From assembly GCA_963841435.1 (NCBI GenBank), contig CAWJCS010000003.1:416001-480000 (forward strand): 64,000 nt of DNA, in the 5' to 3' direction. Both the position numbers and the translations under genes were made by a program. This stretch comes from an uncultured delta proteobacterium (GTDB taxonomy: Bacteria; Myxococcota_A; Polyangia; Polyangiales; Polyangiaceae). Positions 47,178 to 56,184 of the stretch are shown in pieces (within the stretch, counting starts at the first letter, position 1; each line of letters opens with the position of its first letter). The notes under the pieces were generated by a model that saw only the letters and a list, made by a program, of their open reading frames with translations, made no database searches and was not told where the DNA came from.

Positions 47178-47516
47178 ATGGCACTCAGACTTTCGAAGAC
47201 TCTCTCCGCGGCGGCCGCAACGGGACTCATGCTGGGCGCGCTCACGGCGTGCGGCGGCAGCACGCCGCCGGCCGAAGCACCGGCCGAGGAATCCGCGCCG
47301 GCCGCCGAAGCAGCGCCCGCGGACATGTCCGCGGAAGCAGCACCGGCCGAGGGTGGTGACATGGCGGGCACCGACGCCGCGGCCGAAGGCAAGGACTGCT
47401 GCAAGGCGAAGAACGAGTGCAAGGGCAAGGGCGGCTGCAAGACCGACACGAACGGCTGCGCCGGAAAGAACGAGTGCAAGGGCAAGGGCGGCTGCAACGC
47501 CCACTGTCCGAAGTGA
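47178..47516 (+). CDS. Cys-rich RiPP precursor (bufferin/oxazolin-like class) with lipoprotein signal
   Basis: Purine-rich RBS, lipobox LTAC, acidic Ala/Pro linker, basic core with 8 Cys and two KNECKGKGGC repeats. Directly upstream of the DUF692 gene. Confidence 0.85.
   Translation: MALRLSKTLSAAAATGLMLGALTACGGSTPPAEAPAEESAPAAEAAPADMSAEAAPAEGGDMAGTDAAAEGKDCCKAKNECKGKGGCKTDTNGCAGKNECKGKGGCNAHCPK
47409..47497 (+). repeat. Identical 32-nt direct repeats 57 nt apart in the precursor core
   Basis: aagaacgagtgcaagggcaagggcggctgcaa at 47409 and 47466. Confidence 0.92.
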
Positions 47517-47522
47517 GCCGAT

Positions 47523-47574
47523 GCCGCGGGTGGCCGCGAGCGCCCCTCGTGGGCTCTTGCTGCCACCCGCCGGC
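47523..47574 (+). terminator. Stable stem-loop between precursor and MNIO genes (mRNA-stabilising or attenuating; no U tract)
   Basis: gcgggtggc (47526) pairs with gccacccgc (47562), with inner gcgag/cttgc and gccc/gggc pairing. Confidence 0.6.
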
Positions 47575-47591
47575 GGGCTGAAAAGAGCGCC

Positions 47592-48560
47592 ATGGCGAAA
47601 GAGCGGCTCGGCCTACCGGACCTCGGCGTCGGCGTGGGCTTGCGGGTCCCGCACTACCGGCGCGTGTTCGCCGAACGGCCGGCGCTCGATTTCGTCGAGG
47701 TCATCAGCGAAAACTTCATGCAAGGCGGCGGGCGGCCGCGCTACCACCTCGAACGGGCGCTCGAGTGCTATCCGCTCGTTTTGCACGGTGTGTCGCTCGG
47801 CATCGGCGGGCCCGACGAGCCCGACCGGGCGTACCTCGAGAAGCTTCGCGAGCTCGTGGCCTTCACGCGCACGCCCTGGGTGAGCGACCACTTCTGCTGG
47901 TCGGCAGCGGGCGGCGCGCACTTGCACGATTTGCTGCCGCTACCGCTCACGCCGTCGCTCGTCCGGACGATCGCCGACCGCGCGCGCCGCGTCGAGGACG
48001 TGCTCGACCGCCCCTTCGCCCTCGAGAACGCTTCCACGTACCTCACCTACCGCTCGAGCGTGCTCGCCGAGTGGGAGTTCATCTCCGAGGTCGCCGAGCG
48101 CGCGAACATCGGGTTGCTCTTCGACGTGAACAACGTTTTCGTCACGTCGTACAATCACGGGCTCGATCCGGTCGAGTTCGTGCGGAGCGTGCCCCACGAG
48201 CGCATCGTGCAGATCCACCTCGCGGGCCACACGAACCTCGGCTCGCACATCATCGACACCCACCGCGGGCACGTGATCGACCCCGTGTGGGACCTCTACC
48301 GGCTGACGATCGAGCAAACGGGCCCGGTTTCCACGCTGATCGAGTGGGACGACGAGATCCCGGAGCTCGAAGTGTTGCTCGCCGAAAAGGAGCGAGCCCG
48401 CGCCGAGCGGGACCGCGCGCTCGCGGCGCGCCGCGAGAACAAGAGTTCGGTAGACGACGCCGCCCTCGCGCGCATTCGGGAGGCGGCACGCGCACGCTCG
48501 GCACCCGTCGAGGAGCGCCACGGCTGGCTCCAGGGTGGACCGCGCGAGGCCGCCGAGTGA
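47592..48560 (+). CDS. Multinuclear non-heme iron oxidase (MNIO, DUF692/UPF0276)
   Basis: GVGLRVPHY, FVEVISENFM, LHGVSLGIGG, WVSDHFCW, HDLLPLP, ALENASTY, LLFDVNNV, QIHLAGH, IDTH, TLIEWD. Confidence 0.95.
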   Translation: MAKERLGLPDLGVGVGLRVPHYRRVFAERPALDFVEVISENFMQGGGRPRYHLERALECYPLVLHGVSLGIGGPDEPDRAYLEKLRELVAFTRTPWVSDHFCWSAAGGAHLHDLLPLPLTPSLVRTIADRARRVEDVLDRPFALENASTYLTYRSSVLAEWEFISEVAERANIGLLFDVNNVFVTSYNHGLDPVEFVRSVPHERIVQIHLAGHTNLGSHIIDTHRGHVIDPVWDLYRLTIEQTGPVSTLIEWDDEIPELEVLLAEKERARAERDRALAARRENKSSVDDAALARIREAARARSAPVEERHGWLQGGPREAAE

Positions 48561-49384
48561 CCGACGCCGACGCGCTGTTCGCCAAGATGGCGGTCTTCTT
48601 GCGGCGCCGCCGCGATCTAACGAAGGACGACGAGGCCCGCGCCTTCGCCGACGAGCACCTCGGCGGCAACGAGCGTCTCTTGGGCATCGCCCAGCTCGAG
48701 ATTTACCGCGAGCAGTTCTGGCTCCGGCACACGGGCTCGCTCGTGGAGGATTTTCCCGGCGTGGGCGGTGTCATCGGCGTCGCGTCGTGGAATCGCCTCG
48801 TCGAGGAGTACCTCGTGACCTTTCGCCCGGAGAGCTACTCGCTCAGAAACCTCGGCGACCGATTCCCCGCGTTCGTCGGCGAGCGCGACTGGCTCGAGGA
48901 GCGCCGGCTGGCGTCCGACATGGCGCGCCTCGAATGGGCGCACGTCGAGGTGTTCGACGCGGAAGACGCGCCCCCGCTCGCGCCCAATCGGCTCGCCGCG
49001 GTGCCCGACGACGCGTGGGAAGGAGCGCGGCTCTTGCTCGATCCGGGTCTCCGTGTGCTCGCCTTCGACTATCCCGTCGTGCCGCTCAGGCGGGCGCTGC
49101 TCCGCGCGCGCGATGCCGGCTCGAGCGAGCCCCTGCCGCTGCCCGAGCGCGCACCGTGTCACCTCGCCGTGCACCGGCGTGAGCGCCTGATTCACCACGA
49201 CGCGCTCGAGCCTCTGGCCTTTGCGCTGCTCGAGCGCGTCGCCGGGGGCGCACCGCTCGGCACGGCGTGCGAACGCGCCGCGGAGGCGTCGGGCATCACG
49301 GTCGACGAGATCGGGACGCGCGTCGAGGGGTGGTTTTCCGAGTGGGCACGGCTCGGCTACATCGTCGATGTCGAGACGGGCTGA
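48557..49384 (+). CDS. MNIO partner protein (DUF2063 / HvfC-BufC-like)
   Basis: QLEIYREQFWLR...LVEDFPGV, LRNLGDRFPAF, DMARLEWA...FDAED. GTGA overlap with the MNIO stop. Confidence 0.88.
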   Translation: MTDADALFAKMAVFLRRRRDLTKDDEARAFADEHLGGNERLLGIAQLEIYREQFWLRHTGSLVEDFPGVGGVIGVASWNRLVEEYLVTFRPESYSLRNLGDRFPAFVGERDWLEERRLASDMARLEWAHVEVFDAEDAPPLAPNRLAAVPDDAWEGARLLLDPGLRVLAFDYPVVPLRRALLRARDAGSSEPLPLPERAPCHLAVHRRERLIHHDALEPLAFALLERVAGGAPLGTACERAAEASGITVDEIGTRVEGWFSEWARLGYIVDVETG

Positions 49385-49390
49385 AAACCG

Positions 49391-51022
49391 TCAACCGTGC
49401 CGCTCGAGCAACCGCAAGTAGTGCAGCAGCGCCGTGCCCGCGTGTTGCGGAAAATCGATGCGCACTTTGAGGTCGACGGGCGTGCTCGGAAAGCCGCCGA
49501 ACATCACGGCCGGCGCAGGCATGAGGTAGTCCGGACCGGGGGTGAATTGGAAGCGCATCATGAAGGCGAGCGTTTGCCGGATGCCCGCCTCGAGCGCGGC
49601 GCTCTCTCTCGCTGAAACTCCCGCCTTGCGGGCCGCCTCGAGCGTCGAGACGGCCGCCTCCATGCGACTCGACGATCCCACGAGAGCCGGCAAGACGAGC
49701 GGGCCAGCGCTGGTCGCGCCGTCGAGCTCGGGCCCGGCGTCCCAATCCTCGATGGCGAGGTTTCGCACGGACTCTTGCCAGGCAAGACAGAAGCGGAGGG
49801 CTTTGGGATTCGGCGCGCGGTCCCAGAGCTCGTTCATGGCGTGGCACGTCCAGTGCTCGGCGCCGAAGAAGTAGCGCCAGCCAACGTACCAGGCCGGCAT
49901 GTCAACGAGGCTCGCGAGGGCTCGGCGCGCGGCCTCGAGGTTCTTGCCGTCACGCGTCACGCGCTCGGCGCGCGCGAGCGCGAGGGTCGCCTCCCCGGTG
50001 TAGTAGAGGAGCTGGACGTCGATGGGCGCCTTCGCGCGCCGATCGTAAAGGTGCATGAACTCGCCGTCCGGTCGCTGCATGCTGCGCAAAAACGCCGAGA
50101 GGTCGGCGATGGGCCCCGCGAGGCCCGGCGCGCGGCCCGTCTCGTAGAGCTCAACGAACGCGAGCAACGCGAGCGCCGACGAGCCGAGATCGGCGCGGTC
50201 GTTGCCCGCGATGCAGCGGTGGGTGCCGCAATCCACCAAGGCGTGGCTCACGAGGTGCCCGCCCGCGCGCAGCGCCGCCGACGTGAGCCAAGGATCCTTG
50301 CTGTAGGCGGCGACGTCCGAAAGATACCAGGTGGCGCCCGCGTGGCGCGGCCAGTTGTACTCCGGGGTGTCGGCGCCGGTCGCCGCGTCGGTTTCGTAGC
50401 GGTAGCTACCGTCGGGGCGCACGGCGCGCGCGAGGTAGCTTCCGGCGGCGAGCGCGGCGGCACGCAGCGTCTCCTTCGTGACCTCGGGCCTCTCGCGCTC
50501 GGGCCGGTGCCGGATGACGAGGCGCCGAAAAGTGCCCTCGGTGCGGAGCTCCTCGGGCGTGGCGTGGAGCTCGCGTCCGAGGAACGCGACCACGGCTTCG
50601 GGGTCGATGCTCAGGCAGAGCTTGCTCGTACCGAAGGGCACCCAGCTGTCGTAAGCGCCGAGCTTCACCAGGTCGTCGATCGTCGCGTACGCGACGCGCC
50701 CGCGATAGTGGGCCTCGATGCCGTCGCGACCCGGCACGAAGGCGCTACCGAAGAGCAGCCAGCGCGTCGAGAGCACCGGACCGGTCGCGACAACGTCCTC
50801 GATCACCACGCGCTGAAAGCGCTTCGGCCGGAGGGCGTTTTCGGCGTTCTGCTCGACGACGGCTCGAGCGCCCCGGATGCCACCCTGCCAGACGCTCACG
50901 ATCGAAAACAGCGGCTTTCTGGCGGCGTGAGGGACGCCGAGCCACCACGAGAGCGCGAAGCAGGCGGCGAGTAGGACGAGGAGGTAGACGCGCGCCAGAC
51001 GGAACAGCGCCCGAGGGCTCAT
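49391..51022 (-). CDS. Membrane-anchored protein with predicted alpha/alpha-barrel (prenyltransferase/six-hairpin-like) domain
   Basis: N-terminal TM, YLARAVRPDGSYRY...YNWPRHAG, FLRSMQRPDGEF (QW-like repeats), YYTGEATLAL, VRIDFPQH. Confidence 0.7.
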   Translation of the reverse strand: MSPRALFRLARVYLLVLLAACFALSWWLGVPHAARKPLFSIVSVWQGGIRGARAVVEQNAENALRPKRFQRVVIEDVVATGPVLSTRWLLFGSAFVPGRDGIEAHYRGRVAYATIDDLVKLGAYDSWVPFGTSKLCLSIDPEAVVAFLGRELHATPEELRTEGTFRRLVIRHRPERERPEVTKETLRAAALAAGSYLARAVRPDGSYRYETDAATGADTPEYNWPRHAGATWYLSDVAAYSKDPWLTSAALRAGGHLVSHALVDCGTHRCIAGNDRADLGSSALALLAFVELYETGRAPGLAGPIADLSAFLRSMQRPDGEFMHLYDRRAKAPIDVQLLYYTGEATLALARAERVTRDGKNLEAARRALASLVDMPAWYVGWRYFFGAEHWTCHAMNELWDRAPNPKALRFCLAWQESVRNLAIEDWDAGPELDGATSAGPLVLPALVGSSSRMEAAVSTLEAARKAGVSARESAALEAGIRQTLAFMMRFQFTPGPDYLMPAPAVMFGGFPSTPVDLKVRIDFPQHAGTALLHYLRLLERHG

Positions 51023-51450
51023 GCTGCGGCCCCGAGGCGGCGGTGGATCCAGACGAGCTCGATGACCGGGTACACGAAAGCGTACGGCAGCCCCAAAAGG
51101 AAGATCAGCGACATGAGCAGCACGCCACCGCGACCGAAGTCGCCGTGTACGCCGGAAAGATACGCGACGCTGAGCGCCGCGGCCGCGAGCAACAGGAGCC
51201 CGAAGCCTAAAAGCGCGAGAGCGCCGACGCGCAACGCCGCGAGCGAGAGCGCCGGCCGGCCGATCGCGACGAGGCTCGAGCCGAGTACGGCGAGCACCGT
51301 GGCGCCGATGAGCGCGTCCGCGAGCAAATAGCGCACGGGCAGGCCGTAACCGGCCAGGCCCAGCGCAAGGGCCGGCAGGAGATTGCCGAACGCGAAACCG
51401 AGCTCGGCGCGGCGGCTCCTCGAACCGGACACGAGAGGCGTCGATAGCAT
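51019..51450 (-). CDS. Hypothetical four-TM membrane protein
   Basis: Hydrophobic ORF, ATGA-coupled to the downstream gene. Confidence 0.7.
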   Translation of the reverse strand: MLSTPLVSGSRSRRAELGFAFGNLLPALALGLAGYGLPVRYLLADALIGATVLAVLGSSLVAIGRPALSLAALRVGALALLGFGLLLLAAAALSVAYLSGVHGDFGRGGVLLMSLIFLLGLPYAFVYPVIELVWIHRRLGAAA

Positions 51451-51454
51451 CTTT

Positions 51455-51700
51455 CACGCGATTTCGACATGCCCCGGTCTCGAGCGCGAAGAGCTCGCAA
51501 TCGAGGTCCGGACGGAGCTCCGACGCTGGAACAGCTTGCGCGGGCGCGGCACGCCACGCCGCACTTTGGCCGCATCCCCGAGCACCTGCTCGCCGAAGCG
51601 TGTCGCCGCCATCTTGAGCAGCTCGAGCTCCAGGTGCTCCTTCGAGCCGAAGTGGGCAACGAGCCCGCTCTTCGAGAGGCCGAGCGCCGAGGCCGTGCCC
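51455..51700 (-). pseudogene. TetR-family regulator remnant
   Basis: Reverse strand reads ASALGLSKSGLVAHFGSKEHLELELL...RFGEQVL..RGVPRPRKLF (HTH) with no start codon. It is joined out of frame to ELRPDLDCELFALE, a TetR C-terminal motif. Confidence 0.7.
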
Positions 51701-51765
51701 CGGCCCGGGCATGCAGGATTTGGCTAAAACTTGCGTGATCCCGGGGACTTTGCTAGCTTCGGCCG

Positions 51766-52638
51766 GTGGGCGTTCTCGCCGAGTGGCTCGATGCCGTGCG
51801 CGGCGAACGCGGTGCCGCGCTGATGGGTGTCGTCAACACGACGCCCGACTCGTTTTTCGACGGCGGGCGCTACGAGGCACCGGCCGACGCCGAGGCCCAC
51901 GTTGCCGCGCTGCTCGCCGAGGGGGCGGACATCATCGACATCGGCGCCGAGTCGTCGCGGCCCGGCGCGGTCCCCGTGTCGCCACGCGAGCAGATCGAGC
52001 GGCTCGAGCCGGCCCTTTCACGCGCCGTCGCGCTCGAGGCGCTCGTTTCCGTCGATACGACCAGCCCCGAGGTCGCTGACTTCGCGCTCACGCGTGGGGC
52101 GCGCATCGTCAACGACGTTTCGTGCCTCGCCGATCCCGAGCTCGCGCGCGTGGCCGCGCGGCACGGCGCGGCGCTCGTCATCATGCACGCGCGCGGCTCC
52201 ATGCAACACCAGGCCGGCTTCTCCGTCTACCCCGACGGCGGCTACGGCGACGTCGTGCACGACGTGCTCGCCGAGTGGCGCGCTGCCCGCGACCGCGCCG
52301 CCCTGGTCGGGCTCGCCCCCGAGAACGTCTGGCTCGACCCAGGCCTCGGCTTCGCGAAGAACGCGCGCCAATCGTTCGAGCTCATTGCCCGGCTCGAAGA
52401 GCTGACCGGCGAGGGCGTGCCCGTGGTCGTGGGTCCGAGCCGCAAGTCGTTCATCGCGCTCGTCGACGGGGCGGCGCCCGCGGAGCGCCTCGGAGGCACG
52501 GTGGCGGCCTGCCTTTCGTCGGTGGAAAATGGCGCGGCGATCCTGCGTGTCCACGACGTGCGCGCCGTCCGTCAGGCGCTCGGCGTCGCCCGCCTTTCAC
52601 GGCGCGCTTCGGCACGCGAGGTCGCGTCCCATGCCTGA
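51766..52638 (+). CDS. folP: Dihydropteroate synthase
   Basis: MGVVNTTPDSFFDGG, DIGAESSRPGA, SVDT, DPGLGFAK, GPSRKSFI, LRVHDV. Confidence 0.96.
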   Translation: MGVLAEWLDAVRGERGAALMGVVNTTPDSFFDGGRYEAPADAEAHVAALLAEGADIIDIGAESSRPGAVPVSPREQIERLEPALSRAVALEALVSVDTTSPEVADFALTRGARIVNDVSCLADPELARVAARHGAALVIMHARGSMQHQAGFSVYPDGGYGDVVHDVLAEWRAARDRAALVGLAPENVWLDPGLGFAKNARQSFELIARLEELTGEGVPVVVGPSRKSFIALVDGAAPAERLGGTVAACLSSVENGAAILRVHDVRAVRQALGVARLSRRASAREVASHA

Positions 52639-53713
52639 GGCGATCCGCACCTATTTCATGGGTCGCGCGCCGCTCCATCTCCTGCGCGACGCGCTCGACA
52701 TCTTCATCGTCTACTACGTCGTTTACCGCGCGCTTCTGGTCCTACGCGGCACGCGCGCGATGCAGGTGGGCGTCGGACTCGGCGTGCTGTTCGCGCTCTA
52801 CCTCGTCGCGCAGGCGCTCGAGCTCGTCACGGTGCTCACGATCATGGGGGCGCTCATCTCGAGCATGATCCTCATCATCGTCGTCGTGTTCCAGCAGGAC
52901 ATCCGGCGTGGCCTGCAACGGGTCGGCAGCCGCGCGTGGTTCGGCACCTGGACGCGCGCCCAGGAATCGAAGGTCATCGACGAGGTCGTCGAGGCCGCCA
53001 CCGAGCTCGCACGTCACCGCATCGGAGCGCTCATCACCTTCGAGCAGGACGCGAATCTCGACGAATTCGTGGGGGCGCACAAAGGGCACGTCGTCGACGC
53101 CCAGGTCACGGCCGAGCTCCTGGTGTCGTTGTTCGTGCCCGAGGGCATCAACAAGCTGCACGACGGCTCGGTCGTGATCCGCAACTATCGCATCGCCAAG
53201 GCGGGAGTGTTCTTCCCCATGCCCGAGGGCCGCGTCATGGACCAGAGCTTCGGCTCGCGCCATCGCGCTGCGCTCGGCATCACCGAGGAGACCGACGCCG
53301 TCGTCGTGATCGTGAGCGAGGAACGCGGCACCATCAGCTTCTGCTTCAACGGCAACATCGCGACCAATCTCGACGGACCCAAGCTGCACTCCATGCTCGA
53401 GGCGATCTTCAGCCCCAAGGTGCGAAAGAGCGGCCGCAAGCCCAAGCGCCCCGAAGCCGCCGAGGCTCCCGCAAGCGTCCGGCGCGACGCCGACCCCGCC
53501 CCCACGCCCGACTCGGAGACGTTGCGCATCAGCCTCGTGGGAGAGCCCGAGCCGTCGCGCCGCCTCCGCCCGCCGAGCGACCCCCCGGCGCCGCTGCGTG
53601 CGGCCCCGGCGAGCACGAGCACACCGCACCCCCTGCCAGCCGCAGAATCCGAGCCGAGCTCCGTGCCGCCGAAGAAGCCGGAAAATGGTGATCTACCCCG
53701 CGGGGGACACTGA
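52631..53713 (+). CDS. cdaA: Diadenylate cyclase CdaA (DisA_N) with Pro-rich C-terminal tail
   Basis: Three TM helices, VVFQQDIRRGL, LHDGSVVI, GSRHRAALGITEETDA..VSEERG. Confidence 0.92.
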   Translation: MPEAIRTYFMGRAPLHLLRDALDIFIVYYVVYRALLVLRGTRAMQVGVGLGVLFALYLVAQALELVTVLTIMGALISSMILIIVVVFQQDIRRGLQRVGSRAWFGTWTRAQESKVIDEVVEAATELARHRIGALITFEQDANLDEFVGAHKGHVVDAQVTAELLVSLFVPEGINKLHDGSVVIRNYRIAKAGVFFPMPEGRVMDQSFGSRHRAALGITEETDAVVVIVSEERGTISFCFNGNIATNLDGPKLHSMLEAIFSPKVRKSGRKPKRPEAAEAPASVRRDADPAPTPDSETLRISLVGEPEPSRRLRPPSDPPAPLRAAPASTSTPHPLPAAESEPSSVPPKKPENGDLPRGGH

Positions 53714-54669
53714 TGGCGGCCCCCGCGTTCGGCAGCTTCGTGCGTGGTGCTTTCACGGAGAATCTGGGTCTGAAGGCGCTCTCACTCGTCTTCGCGATCG
53801 GCATGTTCGCCTTCCAGTACGGTCAGCAAGACGAGCAGCAGCGCACCGTCCCGGTGGGGCTGTCGCTCAGGCCTCCCGCGGAAGACTCGCCGCGCGAGCT
53901 GATGTCGCAGCTTCCCGCGACAATCCACGTCACGTTGCGCGGTCCGGCGCGCGTCATCGATCGCATGGTGCAATCGGGCGTGCCCCCCGTCACCATCGAC
54001 CTTCGAAGCGGCGAGCGGGAGAGCATCACGTTCGAGCCCGGCATGTTCTCGCTGCCGCCCGACATCCGCATCACGATGATCGACCCGCCCAGCCTCGAGC
54101 TCGAGTGGGAAGAGGTGATTGCGCGGCAGATCCCGCTGCAGGCGTCGATCGCGGGCCAGGCCGCCGAGGGCTACGTCGTGCGGGGCGAGCCCGAGGTGGA
54201 CCCGAAGCAGATCACGGCGCGCGGACCGTCGAGCCTGGTCGAGGTGCTGCAGTTCGCGCGCCTCGCGGCCTTCGACGTCTCGGGCTTGAGCCAGGGCGTG
54301 CATCGCCGAAGGCTGGCGCTCGACGCGCCCCCGGCGCGCGTTCGCTACCTCGGCCCACCGGCGGCGACCGTGTCCGTCACGATCGCGAGGCGCCTGAGCG
54401 AGGCGAGCTTCCCCGGGCGCCCGGTCGAGCTCATCGGGCTCGCGGCAGGGGCCGTCTCGCCGCGCCAGGTCAACGTGACGGTGGTGGGGCCGCCCGAGGT
54501 CGTGCAAGCGCTGCGCGCCGAGCAGGTCGTGCCGCGCGCCAACGTCGGCAACGTGCCGGGCCTCGACCTGAAGGAAATGCACCATGGCTCCACGGTGGTG
54601 CCCGTCGCGGTCGAGCTGGCCGGCGCCGAAGCCAAGGTCCAGCCACCGAGCGTGACGGTCAAGTGGTGA
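53713..54669 (+). CDS. cdaR: YbbR-like regulator CdaR
   Basis: ENLGLKALSLVFAI TM segment, repeated (V/I)TxRGP YbbR-type domains. Follows cdaA. Confidence 0.85.
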   Translation: MAAPAFGSFVRGAFTENLGLKALSLVFAIGMFAFQYGQQDEQQRTVPVGLSLRPPAEDSPRELMSQLPATIHVTLRGPARVIDRMVQSGVPPVTIDLRSGERESITFEPGMFSLPPDIRITMIDPPSLELEWEEVIARQIPLQASIAGQAAEGYVVRGEPEVDPKQITARGPSSLVEVLQFARLAAFDVSGLSQGVHRRRLALDAPPARVRYLGPPAATVSVTIARRLSEASFPGRPVELIGLAAGAVSPRQVNVTVVGPPEVVQALRAEQVVPRANVGNVPGLDLKEMHHGSTVVPVAVELAGAEAKVQPPSVTVKW

Positions 54670-55118
54670 TCCAGCGCACTCTCCTGGTCGCGGTGTTCGC
54701 CGTGCTCGCATGGCTGCTCTGGCGCTCGAGCCGCAAGCACGAGGTGCCCGAGGCGATCGGCGCGGGCGACGACGAGCCTGACCCGCAGCGCGTGTTCGTG
54801 AGCCAGTTTCTGCACGAAGCGGGGCTCGTCGCCGAGCTGCTCCGCGCCGAAGGCATCGAGGTCACGATCAAGAACGAGTACCTCGCGGGTGCGGTCGGCG
54901 AGATCCCGTTCGGCGTCGCCGCACCCGAGCTCTGGGTGAGCGGTCCCCAGCGCATCGACCGCGCGCGCGAGATCGTCGCAGGCTACGAGGCGCGCAAGAA
55001 GAGCGAGCTCGGCCCGGACCGTACCTGCCCCAGCTGCGGTGCCGAGAACCCGTCGACGTTCGAGCTCTGCTGGCGTTGCCGCTCGCCCCTCGAAGTTCCC
55101 GAACCCTCGAAGCCCTGA
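54666..55118 (+). CDS. DUF2007-domain protein with N-terminal TM and RanBP2-type zinc ribbon
   Basis: EAGLVAELLRAEGIEV.IKNEYL..AVGEIP...PELWV and CPSCGAENPSTFELCWRC. Confidence 0.82.
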   Translation: MIQRTLLVAVFAVLAWLLWRSSRKHEVPEAIGAGDDEPDPQRVFVSQFLHEAGLVAELLRAEGIEVTIKNEYLAGAVGEIPFGVAAPELWVSGPQRIDRAREIVAGYEARKKSELGPDRTCPSCGAENPSTFELCWRCRSPLEVPEPSKP

Positions 55119-55200
55119 CGTCGCAGGTCGAAAGGTGCGCCACCGGTGGCGTGCTCGACGCGAACCGCCGGCCGGGCCGAGGCCGCCCGGCGCCCACGGG

Positions 55201-56169
55201 TCACGCGTTGGGGGCGCTCGGCGCGAGCGGGCGCTCGGGGTCGCGCCCCGCGTCGTAGTCACCGTCGGGCTCGACGAAGATGCGCTTCATCTCCGGCACG
55301 GCTGCGCGGACGCGCTCCTCGAGCTGATCGATGGTGCGCTCGACCTCGGCGAGGGGGCTCTCTGCCGCGAACCGCACCTTGAGCGCGAGCAGGATCGAGC
55401 TCGGGCCGAGCTGCAGCGTGATGAGCTGCGTCACGGCCTCCACGCCGGGGGTCGCCCGGGCCTCGGCGAGGGCGCGCTCTGACAGCTCCGGCGGGGCGCT
55501 CTCGCCGATCAGCAGGCCGTGGGTGTCGACGGCGAGCAGGAGCCCGATGACACAGAGCAAAAGTCCGATGACGATCGACCCGACGGCGTCGGCCACGGGG
55601 CTGCCCGTGAGCGCCGTGACGCCGAGCGCGAGGAGCGCGACGACGAGGCCGAGCACGGCGCCCGTGTCTTCGAGCAAGACGACCGGGATCGTGGGATCCT
55701 TCGAGGCGAACAGCGCCCGAAAAAGCGGGCGCCCGCGACGCTCGCGCTGGAACTCGCGCACGGCGACCACGAAGCTCGTCCCCTCGAGCGCGAGCGCCAC
55801 GGCGAGCACGGCAAGCGGCAAGAAAAGCGAGCCGTGCGGGTGCTCGCTCGCGGCGAAAAGCTTCTCGATCCCCTCGACGACCGCGAACACACCGCCGAGC
55901 AAAAACAGCGTCACCGACACGATGAACGCCCAGAAGTAGCGTTCGGCTTCACGCCCGAGCGGGTATCGCTCGGGGTCCTTGCGCTGCGCGAGCGCCATGC
56001 CGACGAGCAAAAGCCCCTGATTGGCCGTGTCGGCGAGCGAGTGGACGCCCTCGGCGAGCATGGTGGCGCTGCCCGACAGCGCCGCCGCAATCAGCTTCAC
56101 GACTGCAATGCCGGCGTTGGCCGAGAGCGCGGCCACCACGACCTTCCTGGAGTCGCCGGGTTTTTCCAT
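55201..56169 (-). CDS. Cation diffusion facilitator family transporter
   Basis: SATMLAEGVHSLADTANQ, ERYFW, VLLEDTGA, DAVGSIVIG, LLIGESA, IFVEPD. Confidence 0.93.
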   Translation of the reverse strand: MEKPGDSRKVVVAALSANAGIAVVKLIAAALSGSATMLAEGVHSLADTANQGLLLVGMALAQRKDPERYPLGREAERYFWAFIVSVTLFLLGGVFAVVEGIEKLFAASEHPHGSLFLPLAVLAVALALEGTSFVVAVREFQRERRGRPLFRALFASKDPTIPVVLLEDTGAVLGLVVALLALGVTALTGSPVADAVGSIVIGLLLCVIGLLLAVDTHGLLIGESAPPELSERALAEARATPGVEAVTQLITLQLGPSSILLALKVRFAAESPLAEVERTIDQLEERVRAAVPEMKRIFVEPDGDYDAGRDPERPLAPSAPNA

Positions 56170-56184
56170 GCTCCATCCCGGGCT

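Noticed and set aside
40476-47591. Identical 14-mer ctgaaaagagcgcc at 40476 and 47578 as a possible target-site duplication
   Set aside because: A single 14-bp match is expected by chance in 64 kb, and the enclosed genes show no mobility functions.
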